Positions 9,770 to 18,217 of a stretch of DNA of 64,000 nt are shown piece by piece. The stretch is from an uncultured Nitrosomonas sp. (GTDB lineage: Bacteria; Pseudomonadota; Gammaproteobacteria; Burkholderiales; Nitrosomonadaceae): assembly GCA_964639015.1 (NCBI GenBank), contig CAZXBP010000001.1, positions 10,192-74,191 on the forward strand, read 5' to 3'. The translations under genes and the position numbers were made by a program. How positions within the stretch are numbered: the first letter of the stretch is position 1; every line of letters starts with the position of its first letter. The notes under the pieces are model-generated. The model saw only the letters and a program-made list of their open reading frames with translations. It was not told the origin of the DNA and made no database searches.

Positions 9770-9984
9770 TGCTTGGAATCTTTGTCTTCCTTGAGCGAAT
9801 CGGCCGATGCGCCCCCAGCTTCGATCCATGAATCTACCTGGTCCTTCTTGAATTTCCAGAGACGACCCATGCGATGCGCTGGCATGTCGAATCGTTCGAT
9901 CCAACGATACACGGTATCACTGCTGACCCCAAGGTATTTACATATCTCATCCACCGATAACCAGCGATCTTCCATCTCGGTCAT
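9766..9984 (-). CDS. small excisionase/MerR-type helix-turn-helix DNA-binding protein (72 aa); first gene of the operon and possible controller
   Basis: LSVDEICKYLGVSSDTVYRWIERFDMPAHRMGRLWKFKKDQVDSWI matches the HTH_17 / AlpA / excisionase-type pattern. Confidence 0.7.
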   Translation of the reverse strand: MTEMEDRWLSVDEICKYLGVSSDTVYRWIERFDMPAHRMGRLWKFKKDQVDSWIEAGGASADSLKEDKDSKQ

Positions 9985-10020
9985 TTATTTGCTCTTGTCG
10001 TTCGCTTTTCCTTTTTCGTA

Positions 10021-10040
10021 ACATCCACCTTGGTGGATGT
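10021..10040. promoter_or_regulatory. palindrome ACATCCACC-TT-GGTGGATGT, 37-56 nt upstream of the HTH gene start; candidate operator
   Basis: A 9+9 inverted repeat read directly from the sequence. Two TG(A/T)CAGTTA direct repeats follow at 10071-10079 and 10094-10102. Confidence 0.35.
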
Positions 10041-10444
10041 CCAGTCAACGAGCTTGACGGTACCAACAGCTGACAGTTAAACCTAACGATCATTGTCAGT
10101 TAGAGCTCTGCCCACCCCATATAATGAAACACCCTTTTAGAGTACTTCCTCGGCATCCAACGCTAGGGACACCAAGGGTGGCCCTTGTTAGAGACAGCCG
10201 AATAAGCGTTCAATAGGGAAACATCTCGCATCGCTGCATCCGTGCGCGATAGTTCTTTGCACCCAAAAGTCGTGTTGCTTCACGTTAGAACCCTCAATTG
10301 CCATAAACAAACTGATAACAAAGAATGACAACACCATCAGCTGATCTTTATTGTTTCGTTCAAATTTCACCCAATCGGTGATAATAATTCAAGTGACATC
10401 AAAGCCGAAGATAGTCGGCAAGTTACATTTCATACAGTCAATTG

Positions 10445-10651
10445 TCAACCGCTTTTAGCCGCAAAAGACCGCAAATAGTCACTTAAAAGCGCTCCCAGTT
10501 GCCAGGAGCCAACTATTCCATCAAAAACTGCGCTTTCATTCGATAAATTCACGCCAAGATGTTGTAGCTGCACAAAATAGTGGCCATAGAGACTTTTTGG
10601 CATTGTTCCAAGAAGTGCACTCAATCCTACCATTGTCCGAAAAACATACAC
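10445..10651 (-). CDS. hypothetical small protein
   Basis: An ORF that starts 8 nt after the stop of the preceding minus-strand gene, so it looks operonic. No recognisable motif. Confidence 0.25.
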   Translation of the reverse strand: MYVFRTMVGLSALLGTMPKSLYGHYFVQLQHLGVNLSNESAVFDGIVGSWQLGALLSDYLRSFAAKSG

Positions 10652-10658
10652 TTTCGCA

Positions 10659-11027
10659 TTAAATTCTTATCGTTCTAGTCTTTTTTTGAAAATCAATCTG
10701 AGTCAAACTCGCTTTCTCCCCATCATACGCAACAACAACAACCTTCCCAGCAACAGGCTTACCGTTCACGATATTTAATTGATGCACAATAAAATCTTTC
10801 CCAGTCTGCTGATAAAAAACTTCGTTTTCCTTGTCGACGTATAAAATTTTACCTTCATACTGTTTTTTATCTTCGGGTTTCTGCGCCAGGTAAATATTGT
10901 AAATACCAGGTTTGATGCCTTCTTCCACTTTCTTGATGGTGCCGGTCGTCTCCCATTCGTTATTAACCAGGGCCTGAATGATCTTTTGTCCGTTCATTAC
11001 AACAATGCGCAGTTTCTGGGTTACCAT
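10659..11027 (-). CDS. hypothetical protein downstream of korB (122 aa)
   Basis: A clean ORF in the same orientation as korB. I cannot assign a family from the sequence. Confidence 0.45.
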   Translation of the reverse strand: MVTQKLRIVVMNGQKIIQALVNNEWETTGTIKKVEEGIKPGIYNIYLAQKPEDKKQYEGKILYVDKENEVFYQQTGKDFIVHQLNIVNGKPVAGKVVVVAYDGEKASLTQIDFQKKTRTIRI

Positions 11028-11097
11028 TTTTGTTTTTCTTTTGTCTAGTCGTTAGTTGATTGTTAGTGGGCTGGGCTGCATACATGAATTGATTTAA

Positions 11098-12222
11098 CTA
11101 ACCTGCTTCCTGATTGGCAAGCTCATCAAGGATTTTGAACAGATCAAAATTTGCCGTTCTTTCCGTTCCGTATAAAAAGGCAATCAATTGCAACGCGCCA
11201 CTGCCTTTGGCAGAGAAGCGCCCGTCCTGCAATGCATTGATGGTGTATTGAATCATATTCGAACAGCTCCTGCCTTCCTCAAAATAATCTTTAACCTTGG
11301 TTGTCAGCAGTTTCTGATCATCTTTGGGCAACTCACGCACTAAATCTTTTGGGCTGCGCTTGTCTTTCTTGATCAGATGATAGATCGAATCGAGCAGGGT
11401 AATCTGTGCACTTTTTTGGTTTGGCTTTTGCTGATCGGCCATGGCATCGGTTTTTTCTTCGGCTTGTTGTGTTTGTTCATCCGAATCGATGGCGCCTTTT
11501 TGTTTTTTCTGCTCCAGGAATTTGCCGAAGTGTTTCACGTCCAGTCGGGATATTTCCTCCGGTGCACTTATGTTTATCCAGTTGATGACTTCCGCTTTGC
11601 TGACCTTGTAGTATCGGGTCAAATCATAGATGGCTGTCACATCGGTGCAACGGCCTGACCGGTAGACTTCATCGATAGGATCAGGCAAATCGAGCAATGC
11701 GGCATGTGTGGTGATATACGGATTGGTTTTGCCAAGTTGCCTGGCAATATCGGACTTGGTTTTACCGGCTGCTAATTGCCGTCCGATAAAATCAGCAATT
11801 TCTCTTGATGTCAGATTATCCCGCTGTAGATTCTCAATGACCTGATCTGCTTCGCTGTAATCGGTATCGATAAATGCCGGTATGGTTTTCAATCCGGCAT
11901 TTATACTGGCCCGATAGCGTCGGGCGCCATGATTGATAATATAGGTACCCGGTTTATCCGGATTGGGACGCACCGATATCGGTGATTTCACGCCGCGTAA
12001 TTTTACGGTTTCCGTCAATTCGCGCAGTGTATCCTGATTAAACTCCTTTCTCGGTTGATGAATGTCTTCAATAATCAGGTCAATTTCGATTTCAGTTGCG
12101 CCTGTTGGTGTCGCTGGTTGTGCTGGTTGTGCTGGTTGTGCTGGTTGTGCTGGTTGTGCTGGTTGTGCTGGGTCTGCTGTTAGTATAGTTTTTTTAGGAG
12201 CCCCTCTTTTCTTGTCTGACAT
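11098..12222 (-). CDS. korB: ParB/KorB-family DNA-binding protein (ParB N-terminal nuclease-like domain plus HTH)
   Basis: IEDIHQPRKEFNQDTLRELTETVKLRGVKSPISV...INHGARRYRAS...ENLQRDNLTSREIADFIG is the ParB-box pattern. I prefer the start MSDKKRGAPKK at 12222. The N-terminus contains (PAQ)6. Confidence 0.85.
   Translation of the reverse strand: MSDKKRGAPKKTILTADPAQPAQPAQPAQPAQPAQPATPTGATEIEIDLIIEDIHQPRKEFNQDTLRELTETVKLRGVKSPISVRPNPDKPGTYIINHGARRYRASINAGLKTIPAFIDTDYSEADQVIENLQRDNLTSREIADFIGRQLAAGKTKSDIARQLGKTNPYITTHAALLDLPDPIDEVYRSGRCTDVTAIYDLTRYYKVSKAEVINWINISAPEEISRLDVKHFGKFLEQKKQKGAIDSDEQTQQAEEKTDAMADQQKPNQKSAQITLLDSIYHLIKKDKRSPKDLVRELPKDDQKLLTTKVKDYFEEGRSCSNMIQYTINALQDGRFSAKGSGALQLIAFLYGTERTANFDLFKILDELANQEAG
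12113..12166. repeat. six perfect tandem copies of the 9-bp unit GCTGGTTGT (plus a degenerate 7th to 12175), encoding (PAQ)n in KorB
   Basis: Read directly from the sequence. The repeat is in frame with korB. Confidence 0.9.
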
Positions 12223-12549
12223 AAGATATCTGCTTATATTTTTAGTTGTATTTTTATTATGCTGCGAATGCTTTTGATGCACATTTAATCCCTTTGGCAA
12301 GACAGTAAATACCATTGGAATCATGTACGATTGAAAATGCATCAGTCAATCATTACTGACTTCATTTCTTGTATAACGAAATTATATCGTAGAACATTGC
12401 CATTCCCTCCCTGATAGCATTGTTTGAAAATTCTATATTCCTGCTTAACTTGTTCTCTTTATTTTCCGGCTGCTTTTTTATTGCTCTTCTTTTGGTGTTT
12501 GCTGGTTTAAAATAGCAGCATTAAAGCCTTAAAACAATGACAAATGCAC

Positions 12550-12564
12550 TTTAAGCGGCTTAAA
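12550..12564. promoter_or_regulatory. 15-bp palindrome TTTAAGC-G-GCTTAAA resembling the IncP KorB operator (OB, TTTAGCSGCTAAA)
   Basis: A perfect palindrome 25 nt upstream of the trbA-like gene, in the korB/trbA divergent region. A second copy lies at 49194-49208. Confidence 0.4.
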
Positions 12565-12588
12565 CCACAAAAATAGCGCGGTTATTAT

Positions 12589-12987
12589 ATGTATAACTTG
12601 ACTCTGATCACAAATATTTTACGTATCCTCGATGAAAAAGGCATGACCAAGTCGGAATTGGCCAAGAAAGCAGGCGTATCGATTGCCTTCTTCACCGACC
12701 TGACCAACGACAAAGCTAATCCCTCGCTCAGAATCATCGAAGCGATTGCCGAGGCACTTGAAACGCCATTACCCATGCTGCTCGACAGTTCCGATATGGA
12801 GCTTGCCGATCTTGAAATGCTCGCCAAACGCAAACCCGGCAAATTACCAAAAGGCTTTGTCTGGAAAGGCGGCGTGTTGAGTGAATATGAGGCATATCAG
12901 GTTGATCAGTGGGATAAAAAGAATCGTGCGCTTCTGACCAAAGAAGCCAAAAGAAACAGAGCAAAATCAAAGCAGCAGTCAGAATAA
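12589..12987 (+). CDS. trbA: XRE-family HTH repressor in the position of IncP TrbA
   Basis: ILDEKGMTKSELAKKAGVSIAFFTDLTNDKANPSLRIIEAIAEAL is a classic Cro/C1 HTH. The gene sits immediately upstream of trbB. Confidence 0.7.
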   Translation: MYNLTLITNILRILDEKGMTKSELAKKAGVSIAFFTDLTNDKANPSLRIIEAIAEALETPLPMLLDSSDMELADLEMLAKRKPGKLPKGFVWKGGVLSEYEAYQVDQWDKKNRALLTKEAKRNRAKSKQQSE

Positions 12988-13088
12988 TAAAGCGCAAAAC
13001 TAGAAATTAAGGAATAAAAAAATATTAAAAAATTGTTGCGCTAACTTTAATTTCGTTATATTGTTATATTCAATCTGTACCGTATGGT

Positions 13089-14102
13089 GTGAATATGACA
13101 ATGCAAAGCACATCAGCATCACCATTACCCGATTCTCAAACTGCACCAACCTCGGCCATATCAGCGATGTCGGTCAAGGAGCGCGCAAAGCGCAAGCTTG
13201 AACGCGATGCCCGTGAAATCGTATCTGCGCTGCAAGACCCGGATACGGTGGAAATCATGGTCAATGCCGACGGTCGTATATGGCTTGAAAAGCTTGGTCA
13301 AAAGATCACCTGCATCGGCAGCCTTCAAGCCGCACAGACTGAAGCGGTTATCAAGACCGTTGCCGGATATCACGGCAAGGAAGTCACCCGATACAATCCG
13401 ATTATTGAAGGCGAATTCCCACTCGACGATTCCCGCTTTGCCGGACAACTGCCACCGGTAGTTACCTCCCCTACTTTTGCCATCCGTAAAAAAGCGGTTG
13501 CCATTTTCACACTCGATCAATATGTCGAAAATGGTGTGCTGTCACCGAGACATTGCAATGTCATCAAACAAGCCGTGCGCGAACACCGTAATATCCTGGT
13601 CATCGGCGGTACCGGTTCCGGCAAGACAACACTGATCAATGCCATTATTTTCGAGATGGTGCTCAACGATCCGGATGAGCGCATTTTTATCCTGGAAGAC
13701 ACTGGCGAGATTCAATGCGCCGCACAGAATTTTGTGCAGTATCACACCACGCTCGATGTCGACATAACGCAACTACTCAAAACCACGTTGCGCATGCGTC
13801 CCGACCGCATACTCGTTGGTGAAGTTCGAGGCGCCGAGGCCCTTGATCTGCTGGATGCCTGGAACACCGGCCATGAAGGTGGCGCAGCGACTTTGCATGC
13901 GAATGATGCGTTGTCCGGACTGACAAGGCTCGAATCACTCATATCACGTAATAACCATGCACCAACTGAAATCAAGCCGCTGATTGCTGAAGCGGTGGAT
14001 GTAGTTATCCATATTGCACGCACAAAGCATGGCAGACAAGTACACGAAATACTTGAAGTCTGCGGTTTTAAAAGAGGGAATTACCAGACCCGGCGATTGT
14101 AA
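13089..14102 (+). CDS. trbB: P-type conjugative transfer ATPase TrbB (VirB11 family)
   Basis: Walker [22 protein letters not shown] and the His box [11 protein letters not shown]. Confidence 0.9.
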   Translation: MNMTMQSTSASPLPDSQTAPTSAISAMSVKERAKRKLERDAREIVSALQDPDTVEIMVNADGRIWLEKLGQKITCIGSLQAAQTEAVIKTVAGYHGKEVTRYNPIIEGEFPLDDSRFAGQLPPVVTSPTFAIRKKAVAIFTLDQYVENGVLSPRHCNVIKQAVREHRNILVIGGTGSGKTTLINAIIFEMVLNDPDERIFILEDTGEIQCAAQNFVQYHTTLDVDITQLLKTTLRMRPDRILVGEVRGAEALDLLDAWNTGHEGGAATLHANDALSGLTRLESLISRNNHAPTEIKPLIAEAVDVVIHIARTKHGRQVHEILEVCGFKRGNYQTRRL

Positions 14103-14122
14103 TACTGTTTGAGGAGTTCATC

Positions 14123-14524
14123 ATGAAGCTGAATCAGAACAACCATAATATCTTTTTGTTTTACACACTGTTGATTCTCATGTTTCTGGGATTGCTTCTG
14201 TTCACCAACAACACCCTGGCAGCAGTTGGCGCCGGTGGTGCGCTGCCGTATGAAACATGGCTGGTAAATCTGCGTAATTCCGTAACTGGTCCGGTTGCAT
14301 TTACCTTATCCATCGTCGGCATTGTTGTGGCCGGTGGCATATTAATTTTTGGCGGTGAATTGAATGCGTTTTTCCGCACGCTGATTTTTATCGTGCTGGT
14401 GATGGCGTTACTGGTCGGCGCCAACAACATCATGACCAATCTGTTTCAAGGAGCGGTGATTCCGGTTGATGTGGATACAGCAAACCAACCAGAAACAGAA
14501 ATTTTAGCAGCACCCGAAATGTAA
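14123..14524 (+). CDS. trbC: TrbC/VirB2-family pilin precursor
   Basis: Its size, signal peptide, two hydrophobic segments and position after trbB. Confidence 0.75.
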   Translation: MKLNQNNHNIFLFYTLLILMFLGLLLFTNNTLAAVGAGGALPYETWLVNLRNSVTGPVAFTLSIVGIVVAGGILIFGGELNAFFRTLIFIVLVMALLVGANNIMTNLFQGAVIPVDVDTANQPETEILAAPEM

Positions 14525-14565
14525 CAGCAGTAATTGTAACTTTCTCGTTTTACAGGAGGTCTGTT

Positions 14566-14877
14566 ATGGCATTACGCACCATACCGATCAGACAATCGGG
14601 AAACCGTCCGAATCTCTTCATGGGCGGTGACCGCGAACTGGTGATGTTCTCAATCCTGATTGCCGCCACGTCCATTTTTGCGGCAATGGAAATCAAGACC
14701 ACGCTGTTCGGTATTGCGTTGTGGATATTCGCGTTGTTTGCATTGCGCCTGATGGCCAAACACGATCCGCAATTACGCCATTTGTACCTGCGCCAACTGC
14801 GCTACAAAAAATATTATCCGGCCAGAAGTACGCCGTTTACCATCAACCCGCCACATATGGAAAAGCAATTCCAATGA
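14566..14877 (+). CDS. trbD: TrbD (VirB3-like)
   Basis: A 103-aa membrane protein between trbC and trbE. Its stop overlaps the trbE ATG (ATGA). Confidence 0.75.
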   Translation: MALRTIPIRQSGNRPNLFMGGDRELVMFSILIAATSIFAAMEIKTTLFGIALWIFALFALRLMAKHDPQLRHLYLRQLRYKKYYPARSTPFTINPPHMEKQFQ

Positions 14878-17411
14878 TTACCGCCATAACCATACTGATT
14901 GCCGTGCTGGGCGCATTATTGTTGTTGATACTTTTTACGCGTATCCATGAAACGGAAAAAGCGTTCAAACTCGACCGGTACCGATCCAAAGATACCGGCT
15001 TTGCCGATTTGCTGGTATATGCCGCCGTTGTGGAAGACGGTGTCATAGTCGGCAAAAACGGCGCATTGATGGCTGCATGGCAGTTCTGTGGCGCCGATAC
15101 CGCCAGCAGTACGGACATCGAGCGTGAACAGGTGTCATTACACATCAATCAGGCGTTATCACGGTTGGGTAACGGTTGGATGATTCATGTGGATGCCATT
15201 CGCAAACCAGCACTTGGGTATTCGGACAAGGGATTGTCAAATTACCCCGATCCGGTAACGGCAGCGATTGACCAGGAACGCCGCGAACTGTTCGAGCGGA
15301 TCGGTGAATTGTACGAAAGTTGTTTTGTTGTCACGTTGACATTCCTGCCGCCGATGCTCGCACAGCGCAAGTTTGTCGAACTCATGTTTGATGATGACAC
15401 AGTGCAATTAAACCAGCAAGCGCGCACCAACAGCCTGCTGCAATACTTCGAGCGCGAATGCGCCAACTTTGAATCGCGGCTGTCCTCCACGTTTGACTTG
15501 ACGCGCTTAAAAAGCAAAAGACAAGTCAATGAAGACGGCACTGCCACGACACTTGATGATTTCCTGTCGTGGCTGCAACTGTGTATTACCGGTAACGATC
15601 AACCGATGGTGTTGCCCAACAATCCGATGTATCTCGACACCATTCTCGGCGGTCAGGAAATGTGGGGCGGTGTTGTACCCAAAGTTGGTCGTAACTTTAT
15701 ACAAACCGTATCGATTGAAGGCTTCCCGCTGGAATCAACCCCCGGCATGCTTAATATCCTGTCGGAACTGCCCGGTATCTATCGTTGGTCGTCACGCTAC
15801 ATTTTTATGGATACGCATGAAGCCGTCGCACATCTGGACAAATACCGCAAAAAGTGGAAACAAAAGATACGCGGCTTCTTCGATCAGGTGTTCAACCTGC
15901 AAAGCAGTCATGTGGATGAAGATGCCCTCAATATGACTGAAGATGCGCAATCCGCAATCGCGGAAACCAACAGCGGGTTTGTTGCACAGGGCTACTATAC
16001 CAGCGTCGTTGTTTTAATGATGGAAGACCGTGCAGCCCTGGAAGAAGCCGCACGCAAAGTGGAAAAAGCCATCAACCATCTGGGTTTTGCCGCACGAATT
16101 GAAACCATCAATACCATGGAAGCGTATCTCGGCAGTTTGCCCGGTCATGGCGTCGAGAATGTGCGCCGTCCGTTGATCAATACCATGAATCTCGCCGATC
16201 TGCTGCCGGTCAATACCATCTGGACGGGCAAAGCGCAGGCGCCCTGCCCGATGTATCCGCCAAATTCGCCACCACTCATGCATTGCGTCACACAAGGCGC
16301 AACCCCATTCCGGTTGAATCTGCATGTACGCGATCTCGGCCACACCTTCATGTTCGGCCCGACCGGCGCGGGTAAGTCTACACACCTGGCACTCATTGCT
16401 GCACAGCTTCGCCGCTACAAAAATATGTCGGTTTATTGCTTTGACAAGGGACTGTCGATGTATCCGTTGACCAAAGCCGTTGGCGGGCAGCATTTTACCG
16501 TTGCCGGTGATGATGAAACACTGGCGTTCTGTCCATTACAGTTTCTTGAATCCAAGGGAGACCGTGCCTGGGCGCTGGAATGGATTTGCGCCATGGTGGA
16601 ATTAAACGGCTTGACGGTAAGTCCGCAACAGCGTAACGAAATCAGCCTCGCAATTACCAACATGCACCAGAGCGGCTCACACACATTATCCGAGTTTCTG
16701 GTGACGATCCAGGATGAAGCCATACGCGAAGCACTCAAGCAATACACGATAGACGGCATGATGGGGCATTTGCTCGATGCCGAGGAAGACGGATTGCATT
16801 TATCGAACTTCACGACATTTGAGATCGAGGAACTCATGAACCTCGGTGAGAAGTATGCACTACCGACATTGCTGTATCTGTTTCGTCGTATTGAGCGCAG
16901 CTTGCAGGGTCAGCCTGCCGCCATACTGCTCGATGAAGCGTGGCTTATGCTCGGACATCCGGTATTTCGCGCCAAGATTCGTGAATGGCTCAAAGTCATG
17001 CGCAAGAACAATTGCCTGGTATTGATGGCAACACAAAGTTTATCGGATGCCGCCAACAGCGGCATACTCGATGTCATTGTCGAATCGACCGCCACCAAAA
17101 TCTTCTTGCCCAATGTATTCGCACGTGATGAAGAAGCTGCCGCACTGTACCGGCGCATGGGATTGAATACCCGCCAGATTGAAATCCTGGCCACTGCAAT
17201 ACCCAAACAGCATTATTACACCGTATCGGAAAACGGCAGACGGTTGTATGAACTCGCGCTTGGGCCACTGACGCTTGCCTTTGTCGGTTCAACCGACAAG
17301 GAATCAATTGCAACGATTAAAAACCTCTGTGCCAAATACGGCGATGGTTGGGTGAATCAGTGGCTTTCCATGAAAGGACTCAAACTATCGGATTATGGAG
17401 TAGCCGCATGA
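14874..17411 (+). CDS. trbE: TrbE (VirB4-family ATPase)
   Basis: Walker A FGPTGAGKST, plus AILLDEAW and ATQSLSD. The start was chosen at the ATG at 14874 (MITAITILI), not the track start at 14721. Confidence 0.9.
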   Translation: MITAITILIAVLGALLLLILFTRIHETEKAFKLDRYRSKDTGFADLLVYAAVVEDGVIVGKNGALMAAWQFCGADTASSTDIEREQVSLHINQALSRLGNGWMIHVDAIRKPALGYSDKGLSNYPDPVTAAIDQERRELFERIGELYESCFVVTLTFLPPMLAQRKFVELMFDDDTVQLNQQARTNSLLQYFERECANFESRLSSTFDLTRLKSKRQVNEDGTATTLDDFLSWLQLCITGNDQPMVLPNNPMYLDTILGGQEMWGGVVPKVGRNFIQTVSIEGFPLESTPGMLNILSELPGIYRWSSRYIFMDTHEAVAHLDKYRKKWKQKIRGFFDQVFNLQSSHVDEDALNMTEDAQSAIAETNSGFVAQGYYTSVVVLMMEDRAALEEAARKVEKAINHLGFAARIETINTMEAYLGSLPGHGVENVRRPLINTMNLADLLPVNTIWTGKAQAPCPMYPPNSPPLMHCVTQGATPFRLNLHVRDLGHTFMFGPTGAGKSTHLALIAAQLRRYKNMSVYCFDKGLSMYPLTKAVGGQHFTVAGDDETLAFCPLQFLESKGDRAWALEWICAMVELNGLTVSPQQRNEISLAITNMHQSGSHTLSEFLVTIQDEAIREALKQYTIDGMMGHLLDAEEDGLHLSNFTTFEIEELMNLGEKYALPTLLYLFRRIERSLQGQPAAILLDEAWLMLGHPVFRAKIREWLKVMRKNNCLVLMATQSLSDAANSGILDVIVESTATKIFLPNVFARDEEAAALYRRMGLNTRQIEILATAIPKQHYYTVSENGRRLYELALGPLTLAFVGSTDKESIATIKNLCAKYGDGWVNQWLSMKGLKLSDYGVAA

Positions 17412-18205
17412 GTACCATCAGTGACTTAACCGAAAAAATCAAAAAGCGCCGGTTCAGCCTCACTGGCAAAGCCGATATCCGCATGGATGATGAGATCGAT
17501 TCTCAAACCTTTATAGAAGGCGGACGCCGAACCGGCGAATCGGAGAATCCCTATCTCTCCGCCCGCCGCACCTGGAACGATCATATGCGATCCGTCCAAT
17601 CATCACGCAACATGTGGCAAGTACTGGCGATTCTGTGCCTGATGATTGCATTGGCCGGAGTTGGTGGCATGATTTATATCGGCAGCCAATCGAAATTTAT
17701 CCCGTATGTGGTACAAGTCAACAATCTTGGTGAAGCAATTGCGGTGTCGCGTGCTGATGTCGCAGCGGTTGCCGATCAACGTGTCGTGCATGCCTCACTT
17801 GCATCATTTATTAACGATGTCAGAATGGTCACACCGGATATCGCATTGCAGCGTAAAGCCATCTTCAGGGCATATGCGATGCTCAAAACCAACGATCCGG
17901 CAACGGCCAAAGCGAATGAATGGTTTAACGCTCACGCAGACAACAGCCCGTTCAAGCGGGCGGAAACGCTAACGGTGAGTGTTGAAATCATTTCCGTCAT
18001 TCCACAGTCGCCCGAAACCTGGCAGGTAGACTGGCTGGAAAAGGTCTATGACCGGCAGGGTCACCAACTGGAAGCGCCGTTCAAAATGCGCGCATTACTG
18101 CGCGTATATCACCGGTCACCGACACAAAGCACAACCGAAGAACAGATACGGAACAATCCGCTGGGTATTTATATCCAGGATTTCTCCTGGTCACGACAAT
18201 CGTAA
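17408..18205 (+). CDS. trbF: TrbF (VirB8-like)
   Basis: A single TM segment followed by a periplasmic domain. ATGA overlap with trbE. IncP gene order. Confidence 0.75.
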   Translation: MSTISDLTEKIKKRRFSLTGKADIRMDDEIDSQTFIEGGRRTGESENPYLSARRTWNDHMRSVQSSRNMWQVLAILCLMIALAGVGGMIYIGSQSKFIPYVVQVNNLGEAIAVSRADVAAVADQRVVHASLASFINDVRMVTPDIALQRKAIFRAYAMLKTNDPATAKANEWFNAHADNSPFKRAETLTVSVEIISVIPQSPETWQVDWLEKVYDRQGHQLEAPFKMRALLRVYHRSPTQSTTEEQIRNNPLGIYIQDFSWSRQS

Positions 18206-18217
18206 CGAGGTTCCACC

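Noticed and set aside
1-10040. Calling the operon BREX or DISARM outright.
   Set aside because: The PglX-like MTase and the SNF2 helicase are shared parts, but no PglZ, BrxC/PglY, BrxL, DrmA, DUF1998 (DrmB) or PLD (DrmC) gene is present in the visible part. Components could still lie to the left of position 1, so I report the operon as unclassified rather than naming it.
9985-10450. A possible left att site or ICE boundary. The palindrome region contains TGGTGG, like the tRNA 3' end.
   Set aside because: Similarity to the tRNA 3' end is limited to about 6-8 nt, which is not a convincing direct repeat.
12113-12175. Tandem 9-bp repeats as possible iterons or a CRISPR-like array.
   Set aside because: The unit is far too short, there are no spacers, and the repeat lies in frame inside korB, encoding (PAQ)n.
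14721-14873. The N-terminal extension of TrbE given in the ORF track (896 aa). The same applies to the TrbI extension (19619-19714), TrbF (17348), OmpA-like gene (23568), TetR (34592), ACR3-like gene (40002), argA (57541), korB (12342) and dcm (9904).
   Set aside because: The extensions overlap the preceding genes or lack an RBS. Internal ATGs give ATGA/RBS-supported starts and N-termini typical of each family.
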